Assembly (NCBI GenBank): GCA_002269645.1
Contig: NIVC01005191.1
Coordinates: 1-22,607 of the forward strand
DNA: 22,607 nt
Direction of reading: 5' to 3'
Source of the DNA: Macrostomum lignano
Taxonomy: Eukaryota
Under the pieces are notes generated by a model. It ran no database searches. It was not told where the DNA came from and saw only the letters and a list, made by a program, of their open reading frames with translations. Numbering within the stretch: position 1 is the first letter of the stretch; each line of letters opens with the position of its first letter. Positions 1 through 9,948 of the stretch are shown one piece after another. A program made the translations under genes and the position numbers.

Positions 1-1407
1 TTATTAAGAGCAATAATCCTTGGCTTATCGAGTGCAGTAATCCTTGGTTTGCAAGAGCAATAATCCTTGGTTTATCAAGTGCAATAATCCTTGGTTTATC
101 AAGTGCAATAATCCTTGGTTTATCAAGTGCAATAATCCTTGGTTTATCAGATGCAATAATCCTTGGCTTATCAACTGCAATAATCCTTGGTTTATCAGAT
201 GCAATAATCCTTGGCTTATCAACTGCAATAATCCTTGGTTTATCAAGTGCAATAATCCTTGGTTTATCAAGCGCAGTAATCTTTGGCCTATCAAGTGCAA
301 TAATCCTTGGTTTATCAAGTGCAATAATCCTTGGTTTATCAAGTGCAATAATCTTTGGTTTATCAGATGCAATAATCCTTGGCTTATCAACTGCAATAAT
401 CCTTGGTTTATCAAGTGCAATAATCCTTGGTTTATCAAGTGCAGTAATCCTTGGCCTATCAAGTGCAATAATCCTTGGTTTATCAAGTGCAATAGTCTTT
501 GGTTTATCGAGTGCAGTAATCCTTAGTTTTCCAAGTGCAGTAATCCTTGGTTTATTAAGAGCAATAATCCTTGAATAATCCAGTGCATTAATCCTTGGCT
601 TATCAAGTGCAACATTCTTTACTATCAAGTGCAATAATCCATGGCTTATCAAGTGCAATAATCCTTGGCTTATCAAGTGCAATAATCCTTGGTTTATCAA
701 GTGCAATAATCCTTTGTTTATCAAGTGCAATAATCCTTTGTTTATCAAGTGCAATAATCCTTTGTTTATCAAGTGCAATAATCCTTGGTTTATCAAGCGC
801 AGTAATCCTTGGCTTATCAAGTGCAATAATCCTTGTTTATCAAGTGCAATAATCCTTGGTTTATCAAGCGCAGTAATCTTTGGCCTATCAAGTGCAATAG
901 TCCTTGGTTTATCGAGTGCAGTAATCCTTGGTTTTCCAAGTGCAATAATCCTTGGCTTCTTGAGTGCAGTAATCCTTGGTTTGCCAAGAGCAATAGTCCT
1001 TGGTTTATCGAGTGCAGTAATCCTTGGTTTTCCAAGTGCAGTAATCCTTGGTTTATTAATAGCAATAATCCTTGGCTTCTTGAGTGCAGTAATCCTTGGT
1101 TTGCCAAGAGCAATAGTCCTTGGTTTATCGAGTGCATTAATCCTTGGTTTTCCAAGTGCAATAATTCTTGGCTTCTTGAGTGCAGTAATCCTTGGTTTGC
1201 CAAGAGCAATAGTCCTTGGTTTATCGAGTGCAGTAATCCTTGGTTTTCCAAGTGCCGTAATCCTTGGTTTATTAATAGCAATAATCCTTGATTAATCAAG
1301 TGCAGTAATCTTTGGTTTGCCAAGAGCAATAGTCCTTGGTTTATCGAGTGCAGTAGTCCTTGGTTTATTAATAGCAATAATCCTTGGCTTATCGAGTGCA
1401 GTAATCT
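1..1407. repeat. 24-bp minisatellite (GCAATAATCCTTGGTTTATCAAGT), probably intronic upstream of the first MED1 exon seen
   Basis: Direct tandem periodicity of 24 bp running off the left edge. Variant units recur in 4- and 5-unit blocks from about 894 to 1260. The overlapping ORFs are just translations of the repeat. Confidence 0.97.
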
Positions 1408-1445
1408 AAGTGTTTTTATTTAGTCCTTTAATAAAACCTTTTAAT

Positions 1446-1538
1446 AAAAAATTTTACACTACTACTTTTAAACTACTTAGATTCGAACCTAGGTCGCTGC
1501 ATTAGCAGTCTGGTCTGTTCAGCTCTAGGCTAGCTCTC
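1446..1538 (-). mobile_element. tRNA-derived SINE head or tRNA pseudogene (Pol III A/B box unit)
   Basis: The minus strand reads GAGAGCTAGCCTAGAGCTGAACAGACCAGACTGCTAATGCAGCGACCTAGGTTCGAATCTAAG. It has an A-box-like TAGCCTAGAGCTG, a tRNA-Ser(GCT)-like GACTGCTAAT loop and a B-box GGTTCGAATC, followed by a T6 run (A6 at 1446-1451 on +). A full cloverleaf cannot be drawn. Confidence 0.45.
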
Positions 1539-2034
1539 ATCGAAGTTATCAGTGATGTTGTACCACTTATATAATTCAACACTCACACCAAGTCAGGTAG
1601 AGTAAAAAGTCTCACGAAGCAGTTATGACATAATCAATTTCTTAGGCAAGTCAGTACCAGTGTCTATGAAAGTTTACAATATGGTTACGTAATATAAATT
1701 CAGTACTGCGCTATGCTTTCACACTCAAAGCTGTGACGCAATTCAATTGAGTGTCAAATTCAGCCAGTACACAGACGATAAATAAAGTGTATTGTGATGC
1801 AATCTATTTCAGAATCAGAATTCAACCAGTCAGTTTTTCTGCTAGCATTCTTACGATGCATTTCAAGTCGAAAGAGCTGCTTGACCTTTGCAAAAAAGCA
1901 TGTTTTTCGAATATTTAATCCCTTTAGCATCGAGCAATTTCTTAGCCACGATGCATGTACTGTCACGGGAAAATTTCTGATCGAACAGTGCAAGTTCGAA
2001 GAAAATCGGTTGAGCCGTTTTTGCTAAAATCGAT

Positions 2035-2064
2035 CACACACACACACATACACACACACACATA
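2035..2064. repeat. (CA)n microsatellite, interrupted
   Basis: CACACACA...TACACACA...CATAC seen directly. Confidence 0.9.
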
Positions 2065-2114
2065 CCGACAGACCATTTTTAGTATATTGGATGGAAAAGG
2101 AAAACATTAGAGAA

Positions 2115-2548
2115 GAAAATGGATTGCTAGTGTAGCCAATCATTAGATAGGAACATGGATTGCTAGTCTAGCTAGCCAATTATTAGATAGGAAAAAAAAT
2201 GGATTGCTAGTCTAGCCAATTATTAGATAAGAAAATGGATTGCTAGTCTAGCCAATTATTAGATAAGAAAATGGATTGCTAGTGTAGCCAAACATTAGAT
2301 AGGAAAATGTATTGCTAGTGTAGCCAATCATTAGATAAGAAAATGGATTGCTAGTCTAGCCAATCATTAGATAAGAAAATGGATTGCTAGTCTAGCTAGC
2401 CAATTTTTAGTTAGGAAAATGGATTGCTAGTCTAGCCAATCATTAAATATTAAAGTGAATTGCTAGTATAGCCAATAATTAGATAGGAAAATGGATTTCT
2501 AGTCTAGCCAATCATTCAATAGGAAAATGGATTGCTAGTCTAGCCAGT
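2115..2548. repeat. About 37-bp minisatellite (AAAATGGATTGCTAGTCTAGCCAATCATTAGATAGG) with an internal near-palindrome
   Basis: About 11-12 degenerate tandem copies. Each contains GATTGCTAG-T-CTAGCCAATC, an imperfect inverted repeat. Confidence 0.92.
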
Positions 2549-2599
2549 AATCAGATGTATAAAGGGATTTTCATTAATTACTCAAACCACGAATTCCAG

Positions 2600-2768
2600 A
2601 ACCTGCCTGACCAGCTCGTGTCCATCAGATGCTCTCTAAGAGGTCACGTGATCGAATCTATCCCGTTCAGCAGTCCGGCAGTTCTGTCCCAGGTGTCCGC
2701 CCTGATCAGACAGCAGTTTGTGCTCAACCAGCTGCTGGCTTCGTGTCTACAGCTGACTACTCATAGGG
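2600..2768 (+). CDS. MED1: MED1-like coding exon (internal; part of the conserved Med1 domain)
   Basis: Acceptor TTCCAG at 2594-2599 and donor GTGAGT at 2769. It encodes NLPDQLVSIRCSLRGHVIESIPFSSPAVLSQVSALIRQQFVLNQLLASCLQLTTHR, which aligns by eye with the recalled human MED1 segment LQGTLVSKITFQHPGRVPLILNLIRHQVAYNTLIGSCV. It ends in phase 1. Confidence 0.82.
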
Positions 2769-2849
2769 GTGAGTTGTCAATCAATCAATCAATTGATCAG
2801 TCACAATGCTAAATCGATTATTCAAATTCCCGCCTCTCCAATTCGACAG

Positions 2850-2951
2850 CTAATTTGGAGCCCGGCGTCACCTGCTTTGAACTGGAAGTCCTTGGCCCCA
2901 CAGACTGCCGGGTGGCCATCATGCGCGGTCTCGGCTTTAAAATGCGTTCGT
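2850..2951 (+). CDS. MED1: MED1-like coding exon (internal, not in the ORF track)
   Basis: It follows an 81-nt intron (2769-2849, ends CGACAG) and has donor GTAAGT at 2952. Phase 1 in and phase 1 out match both neighbours. It encodes (A)NLEPGVTCFELEVLGPTDCRVAIMRGLGFKMRS, similar to the recalled MED1 segment PGLLQFEVCPLSESRFSV. Confidence 0.8.
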
Positions 2952-2989
2952 GTAAGTAGTATAGAAATAAGTTAGTAGTACAATGCTAG

Positions 2990-3906
2990 TAAATCAAACT
3001 AAAGCCAGTATAAAATAGTACTACAGCCAGTATATTACAGTACTACAGACAGTATAAAACAGTACTACAGCCAGTATATTACAGTACTACAGACAGTATA
3101 AAACAGTACTACAGCCAGTATATTACAGTACTACAGACAGTATAAAACAGTACTACAGCCAGTATATTACAGTACTACAGCCAGTATATTACAGTACTAC
3201 AGCCAGTAAATTACAGTACTACAGCCAGTATATTACAGTACTACAGACAGTATAAAACAGTACTACAGCCAGTATATTGCAGTACTACAGACAGTATAAA
3301 ACAGTACTACAGCCAGTATATTACAGTACTACAGACAGTATAAAACAGTACTACAGCCAGTATAAAACAGTACTACAGCCAGTATATTGCAGTACTACAG
3401 ACAGTATATTGCAGTACTACAGACAGTATAAAACAGCACTACAGACAGTATAAAACAGCACTACAGACAGTATAAAACAGCACTACAGACAGTATAAAAC
3501 AGTACTACAGACAGTGTAAAACAGCACTACAGACAGTATAAAACAGTACTACAGCCAGTATATTACAGTACTACAGACAGTATATTAAAGTACTACAGAC
3601 AGTATAAAACAGTACTACAGCCAGTATATTACAGTACTACAGACAGTATAAAACAGTACTACAGCCAGTATATTGCAGTACTACAGACAGTATATTGCAG
3701 TACTACAGACAGTATAAAACAGCACTACAGACAGTATAAAACAGTACTACAGACAGTGTAAAACAGCACTACAGACAGTATAAAACAGTACTACAGCCAG
3801 TATATTACAGTACTACAGACAGTATAAAACAGTACTACAGCCAGTATATTACAGTACTACAGACAGTGTAAAACAGCACTACAGACAGTATAAAACAGTA
3901 CTACAG
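2990..3906. repeat. 22-bp minisatellite (CAGTACTACAGACAGTATAAAA / CAGTACTACAGCCAGTATATTA) filling a MED1 intron
   Basis: About 41 copies in two main variants that often alternate as a 44-bp dimer. It occupies almost the whole of intron 2952-3934. Confidence 0.97.
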
Positions 3907-3934
3907 CCAATTACTGATGCCTGTCGCCCCGCAG

Positions 3935-6609
3935 ACTCGCTGCACCTGCGCAGCCCAGACTGCAGCCCGGCTTGCCGACGGCTCAAGCCGCCATCGTCCG
4001 CGTCTGCCGACTCTGCCGAGCCCGAGATCGGCGATTCTGGCGCCGGCACGGCGGAGCCCTCCGCTCAGTTTCTCGGGCGCGCGCTGCGCACCAGCGGCCT
4101 GTCGCTGCCGCTGGCCGTTCGCCGGCTTCAAAGGCTCCGCGGCCGTCCCCGCGGCTGTCAACGGCGCCGGCGGCTGATCGACTCTCCGTCCGCGCCGCAG
4201 TCGCTCCGCCGGGTCGCCTCGACCTCCGCTCTGGCCGCCATCGCCAGCGGCCTCGTCGAAGTCAAAGGCGTCGTCGCCTCCGTTGCAGCGTCTGCCGCCT
4301 CGCTGCTGCCCGCCAGGCCGCGCTTCTGCCTGGAGGCGCCGGCGCCGCGCCCCAAACGGCAGCCGCTGGGGCCGCCTGCGCCGGTCGAGTTCCAGCCGCC
4401 GCCGCCGCCGATGCCGATGCCGCCGAACTTCGCCGGCGGTCACCACCCGCTGCAGCAGCCGCAGTTCGGGCCTCAGTTCAGCAGGCAGCTCAGCCACCCT
4501 GCCGGAGCTGACGGCGGCGGCCATCACCATCCGCTGCCGCATCATCACATGCCGCAGTTCCAGCATCCGCAGGGTTACATGCCGGGCCATCAGCAGCACC
4601 AGCTGTACCAGCAGCAGCTGGTGGGAGGCCAGGCCACGCCGCCCCATCACCTGTGCAGGCAGGGCCCGCCCCACCTGGCTGGTTACCACCCGCACCAGCG
4701 GATGCCGCACGGCCACGGCTACCCGCCGCCGCCGCCGCATTCGCAGACTCCGCCCTACGGTGTTCAGTTCAGGCCGGGGGCCCAGCCTGGGGGCCCGTAC
4801 TACCAAGGACCGCCTTCTCAGCAGCAGCAGCAGCAGCAGCCGCCACCGCATCATTCACCTTCGCCCTACCATTCGCAGTTCGCTGGTCCGCCCGGCTACG
4901 GACCTCAGCCAGCCACGCCAGCCGGCTATGCACAGCAGATGCCGCCGGCGTCTCCCCACCACTCGATGCTTGGCTCGCCCGCGCCGCACCTGCAGCAGCC
5001 GCAGACTCCGCAGCCCCACACGCCGCACACGCCTCAGCCGCTGCACCACCCGCCAAGCACCCCGGCGGCCTCCAACATGGAGATCAGCGGGCCTGGCACG
5101 CCTCTCGACCAGCAGCTGATGAGCCACCATCTTGGAGACAGCAGCGGCGGTAGCGGCAGCGGCTTCCCACCGCACACCCCCATGGACAAGAGCAACCAGA
5201 ATCCCGTGCTCATCAGCCTGCTGCAGGAGGACTCAACCAGCTGCGGCACCCCAGTTCCAGCCCAGCAGATGCCGATGCAGCACCACGGCCAGCAGCAGCA
5301 CCGCCAGATGTTTCCTCACGGAGCTCCGCCTCCGGCCTACGGCCAGCAGCAGCAGGCGGTGTACAGTCGGAACCCCGCCGCCGGTCAGCGGGCCTTGCCG
5401 CCGCAGCCCCAGATGACCAGCCCGCAGCATCAGCAGCAGCAGCAGCAGCTGCTCGACCCCGCCGCCTCGTCATCGTCCGTCGGCGGCGCCGGCGTCAGAG
5501 CCGGCAACAGCGGCGGTGCCAAGAAGCCGCGCAAGCCGCGTCGTTCAAATCCTTCCTCGGCGGGGGCGGCTTCGGCGACAACGCCAACTGCTCCGTCTTC
5601 GTCGGCGTCAGCGACTGGATCCTCGTCTACGGCGGCTGCGATGCAGAGCCGGATGGGGCCGGCAGGCGGCGGCCAGGCCTTCGATCCGCAGCAGCAGCAG
5701 CTCGGCCGCAGCCTGGACAGCCAGATGCAGTCGGCCTACATTGGCGGGCCGCAGCAGCAGCAGCGCCACCATCCAGCTGCCACCGCCGTGTTCGACACCA
5801 ACGTGAGCCGCATGGCCCAGATGACAGAGCAGCTGGGCTCAGCTGAGCCTCATCACCCGCAGCCCCATCAGCAGATGCTGCCGCAGCATCAGCAGCAGCT
5901 GCGCTATCCAGGTGACATGCCTGGTCAAGGCGCATTCGCAGGCCAGCAGCAGCAGCAGATGCATCCTCATCATCACCAGCAGCAGCAGCAGTCTGCCATG
6001 GCCGCAGCTTCTGCTCAGCTTCATCACCAGCATCACCAACAGCAGTCATCGAACGGTCTGGTCCTCATGCCCGGCAGTGAGGGGGCCAGCTTCCCCCAGT
6101 CTGATGAGGCGTCTTCAGGCCGGGAACAGCAGCAGCAGAGCCTCCGCCTCACCATACCCAAGACCAAGCTGGGCCCCCAGGACCACCAGGCCCAGAAGAA
6201 CCCGGAGAGCGTCTACGACTTCGACCCGGCTAAAGAGGAGGCCACCAAGGCCTCGTCTGTGGAGGCTCGCAACAAGCCGCTGAAGGTCACCATCAGGATG
6301 AACCCTGCCTCCTCCGCCGCCGCCACTGCCGAAGCGTCGTCGTCAAGAAAGCCGCCAGATTCCTCTGCCGGTGCGCCTCGCCGACCACCGCCTCTTGGCA
6401 AGCCGTACAACTACGCCTTCCACCAACAGCAGCAGCAGCAGCCGCAGCCGCAGCAGCCACCGTCGCATCTTCAACATCAGCAGCAGCACCTTCAGCAAGA
6501 GCGAGCTGTTGAGTCCTCCGGCACCGACTCGGCACCGGCCTCTGTGGAGGAGAACTCCAGCGGCGCCATGGACGATCAGCAGCACCAGCTGCAGATGCAG
6601 CGTCAGCGT

Positions 6610-6648
<39 letters not shown>

Positions 6649-6936
6649 CAACAACAACTGCAGATTCACGATGAGTCCAGCTGGACCACCAAGCAGCAGC
6701 TGCGGAAAAAGTTGGAGAAAAGCCGCAAAGCCGAGGCCGCGCCTTCTGGCGCATCCGCCTTGCCAGCAGCTGCGACCGGGCCAGCTGGCCTCGGCGGCAG
6801 CGGAAACAATGGCCGGGCAATGTCCGCCGGGCTGAACCCGGCCAGCGCCGCCGGCTCGGCAATGCCGGCCGCGGGTCCGGGGGCCGCCATCTACGGACCA
6901 CCGGCCGCTAAGAAAAGTCGCCTGCATGCCGACAAG
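3935..6936 (+). CDS. MED1: MED1-like 3.0-kb coding exon: end of the Med1 domain, LxxLL box and Q/H/P-rich disordered region
   Basis: Branch-like TACTGAT at 3912-3918, acceptor CCCCGCAG ending at 3934 (phase 1, matching the previous exon), and donor AAG|GTGAGA at 6937. The frame is open upstream of the listed ATG at 4411. SAQFLGRALRTSGLSLPLAVRRL resembles the recalled MED1 TDDFIAKVVQRCMSIPVTMRAI, and SNQNPVLISLLQ resembles the MED1 NR box SQNPILTSLLQ. Confidence 0.85.
5200..5226 (+). other. NR-box (LxxLL) motif NPVLISLLQ
   Basis: Direct translation. The flanking QNP-hydrophobic-LxSLLQ context matches the first nuclear-receptor box of vertebrate MED1. Confidence 0.75.
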
Positions 6937-6959
6937 GTGAGAGAATTGTGGCGTCGTGT

Positions 6960-7700
6960 TTTGGGTGCTGGGTGTTTCATTCTAGGACTGCACTCGGTTA
7001 GTGTGTTTTATTCTCGGACACTCTGGTTGGGTGCTTCATTCTCGGACATCCAGGTTGGGTGTTTCATTCTCGGACACTCAGGTTGGGTTTCTATTCTCGG
7101 ACACTCGGGTTGGGTGTTTCATTCTCGGACATCCAGGTTGGGTGTTTCATTCTCGGACAATCAGGCTGGGTGTTTCATTCTCGGACACTCTGGTTGGGTG
7201 CTTCATTCTCGGACATCCAGGTTGGGTGTTTCATTCTCGGACACTCAGGTTGGGTTTTTATTCTCGGACACTCGGGTTGGGTGTTTCATTCTCGGGCTGC
7301 ACTCGGGTTTGGTGTTTCATTCTCGGACACCCATGTAGGGTTTTTATTCTCGGACACTTGGGTGTTTCATTCTCGGACACCCATGTAGGGTTTTTATTCT
7401 CGGACACTTGGGTGTTTCATTCTCGGACACCCATGTAGGGTTTTTATTCTCGGACACTTAGGTGTTTCATTCTCGGACACTCAGGTTGGGTTTTTATTAT
7501 CGGACACTTAAGTTGGGTTGTTTTTCTCGGACACCCAAGTTGGTGTTTCATTCTCAAACTATACTTGGGTTGGGCGGCTCATTCGGAGACTCTGGTTGGG
7601 TGTTTCATTCTCGGACACGGGTTAGGTTTGTTATTCTCGGACACTTGGGTTAAGTTTGTTATTCTCGGACACTTAGGTTGGGTGTTTCATTCTCGGACAC
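6960..7700. repeat. About 28-bp degenerate minisatellite (GGTTGGGTGTTTCATTCTCGGACACTC) in the last MED1 intron
   Basis: Tandem ATTCTCGGACA cores every 25-32 bp or so. It starts about 25 nt after the 6937 donor. Confidence 0.95.
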
Positions 7701-7753
7701 AGCTCAGTAAACTAAGCAATGGATTAAGCATGAGCATCGCAACCCCTCGCCAG

Positions 7754-8371
7754 CCTCCGCAGGCCAAGAAGTCCAAGAAGCACAGGCGGCTCGACGCCTC
7801 CGTTGACTCGGCTCACCTGTCCACTCCTAGCAGCAGCGCGGGCGCGAGTCCCGCCACCCCCGCCGACGCTTCGTCCGCCGCTTCAGCTCCCGCGTCGGGT
7901 TCGCGGCAGAGCTCCGCCCTGAAGTCTTACAAGATTCCGCGCAAGAACACGGCCTCTGAGGATGCGGCCTCGAGTGCTCTCCAGCAGCAACAGCAGCAGC
8001 AGCCGCCGCCGCCCCCGCAACAGCAGCCGCCGCCGCACCCTCTGCCTCCCCGGTTTCAGCAGGCGGCCAGCTTCGCTCCCGCCGGGGGCATCCGCCAGCA
8101 GCTGTACCAACAGCGCCATCCGGCCTACCCCGCGCCCCGTCAGCATGTCCAGCATCACCAGCATCATCAGGCCAATTTATTTGAGCAGTTCCGGCAGCCG
8201 CAGCAGCAGCGCCAGTTCATCACGGATCCGGCAGGCCTGCACCAGCACAGCAAGGACACCCCTGACAGCCCCGCTGATGGCCCGGCGTCGCCCTCACCCG
8301 GCGGCGGCGCCGGAGGCAGCGGCGCTGGGGTCGGCGGTCAGGCGGCCACCGTGAGCATCATCCCGCACTGA
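7754..8371 (+). CDS. MED1: MED1-like terminal coding exon
   Basis: Same codon and amino-acid bias as the preceding exon (Q/P/H-rich, KKSKKHRR, SYKIPRK), with stop TGA at 8369-8371. A phase-0 acceptor CCCCTCGCCAG ends at 7753. Alternative in-frame AGs end at 7762 and 7702, so the exact start is uncertain. Confidence 0.75.
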   Translation, partial: PPQAKKSKKHRRLDASVDSAHLSTPSSSAGASPATPADASSAASAPASGSRQSSALKSYKIPRKNTASEDAASSALQQQQQQQPPPPPQQQPPPHPLPPRFQQAASFAPAGGIRQQLYQQRHPAYPAPRQHVQHHQHHQANLFEQFRQPQQQRQFITDPAGLHQHSKDTPDSPADGPASPSPGGGAGGSGAGVGGQAATVSIIPH

Positions 8372-8421
8372 GGGCCCAGCACCCCCCCACCGTGAGCATC
8401 ATCCCGCACTGAGGGCCCAGC
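8346..8421 (+). repeat. 35-bp direct repeat spanning the MED1 stop codon
   Basis: CCACCGTGAGCATCATCCCGCACTGAGGGCCCAGC occurs at 8346-8380 and again at 8387-8421. Confidence 0.93.
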
Positions 8422-9810
8422 CCCCCGCTGTCTCAAAATTTCGAAACTGGCGCAAATGCGATATGATATGATGAAAATTCGTCAAACCGTTAGCTTTGCC
8501 ATCAGAATTGTATATATAGTTGTTTACTATAATCCTTAATACAGATTATTTATATTATAGTTGTCGGAGTGGACTTTTTTTAGTGCGTTTTTCCAGCGCT
8601 TCAGTTTGTACTTGCTGTCGCTGTTGTCACCAACAATGACCTTTTTTGTCCTTGTCTCTTGGCTCTAGTGCATCAAGTTTCAACGATTAATTAATGACCT
8701 GAAATTTGAAATTTAGTCAATTAAGTCTGCACTACTACTGATAGGCCTACTTATATGAGTAGTACAATATGACTCTTAAAATTTTTGAGTATTACAAATT
8801 TCCCAATTGCCCGTTCATTTTACATGAGTCCCATGCCGCTAACTCAGTGCTGCCCCAGTCTGTATGTTTTTTTCTATTGTTGATAACTGACTTTTTAAAG
8901 GCTTTTTGGTTGTGCCCCAACCCAGAATCCGCCACTTCTGACTTTGAATCATTGCGTCATTTCAGCCACTGCGTCATCTTTATGGCTCAGCGTTTAAATT
9001 ATTTAATTTCTAATTGTACTTTTATATCAGAGATTTAAGCCTCGTCATTTGCCCCCGCCAGTGCTCCATTTATTTATTTGTAGCCCCTGAGTTTAGTTTC
9101 ACACACAGACTGTCTGCCCAGTTGCATCATGATTGACAGTACATTGTGAACTATATATGAATGAGTATATGTCAATTTGTAATCCTAATAAGTTTGTTTA
9201 CATGTTACTAGCAAACTATTATTATTTCTATATCCATCATATTTTACAGTGAACTGAACTCGGTCCCGCATGTATTTAAAGCTTACAAATTTGCAAACCG
9301 TTCTTGCGATTGTATTATATTATATTAAATATTATATATTATATTATAAACTAATTATGGGTCTCTGCTGACTAAACGGTAAATACTGTTTTTCATGTCC
9401 AACCTTGCTGCTTCATTTTTATGTGATTGCGGACTCGAACACCGGAGGGAGTTTATTATAAAGCGGCAATCGACATTATTCAATTATTATTAGGTAGGTG
9501 TATTTCTGCGATTATGTAACAACGGCAATATTCTGCAGCAGTGCAACAGTCACGCTCGAGATGCACTTGGTCAAAACCTTCGCGAACTGCTTTTAGCAGC
9601 AGAGAAACTCTGCATTGCATGTCCATATCTTTGTGATTGCGAATTGAGCAAGGGGTCACACAGTCACAGTTGATTTGAAGTTTACAATTAGCCGTCCGTT
9701 AGGGCTCTTCCGTGGCCATAACAGGTGCATGTTCGCGGAGACACTCAGTGGTGTTCGCACAACACCCGATAAAGTCTGAGTTCGAGTCATCCTACTCTCG
9801 ATGCTCCAAA

Positions 9811-9948
9811 TCACTCCGACTCGTTAAACGCGTCCTCCATCTCCTGCAGCACGTAGCAGATGGTCTTGGCGTAGATCTGGGCGATGCTGTCGTTGAACCG
9901 GTCGGCCAGGGTGATCCTCACCGCTTCCAGGAACGGCTGCTCCATGGC
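9811..9948 (-). CDS. Globin (globin X-like) last exon, G and H helices; not in the ORF track
   Basis: Acceptor TTCCCCCAG (AG at 9950-9949), phase 0. It encodes AMEQPFLEAVRITLADRFNDSIAQIYAKTICYVLQEMEDAFNESE followed by TGA. The EQPFLEAVxxTLxDR..IY..TI pattern resembles invertebrate globin X-like proteins as recalled. Confidence 0.85.
   Translation of the reverse strand, partial: AMEQPFLEAVRITLADRFNDSIAQIYAKTICYVLQEMEDAFNESE

Noticed and set aside
25-1377. Long ORFs such as (LHLINQGL)n, (CNNPWFIK)n and (SSAIILGL)n
   Set aside because: They are translations of a 24-bp minisatellite in several frames on both strands, with no splice or codon evidence.
2115-2548. Palindromic repeats as a CRISPR array
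   Set aside because: There are no unique spacers or cas genes, and the context is a eukaryotic intron.
3907-3934. Exon start at 3907 after the last repeat CAG
   Set aside because: It would be phase 0 and lacks a branch or pyrimidine tract, whereas the upstream exon ends in phase 1.
3901-6927. Numerous overlapping antisense and alternate-frame ORFs
   Set aside because: These are expected shadows of a GC-rich, CAG-rich coding exon.
4411-7338. 975-aa ORF taken as a complete intronless gene with a repetitive C-terminus
   Set aside because: The frame is open upstream and joins MED1 exons by splicing. The part after 6936 is a minisatellite intron following a GTGAGA donor.
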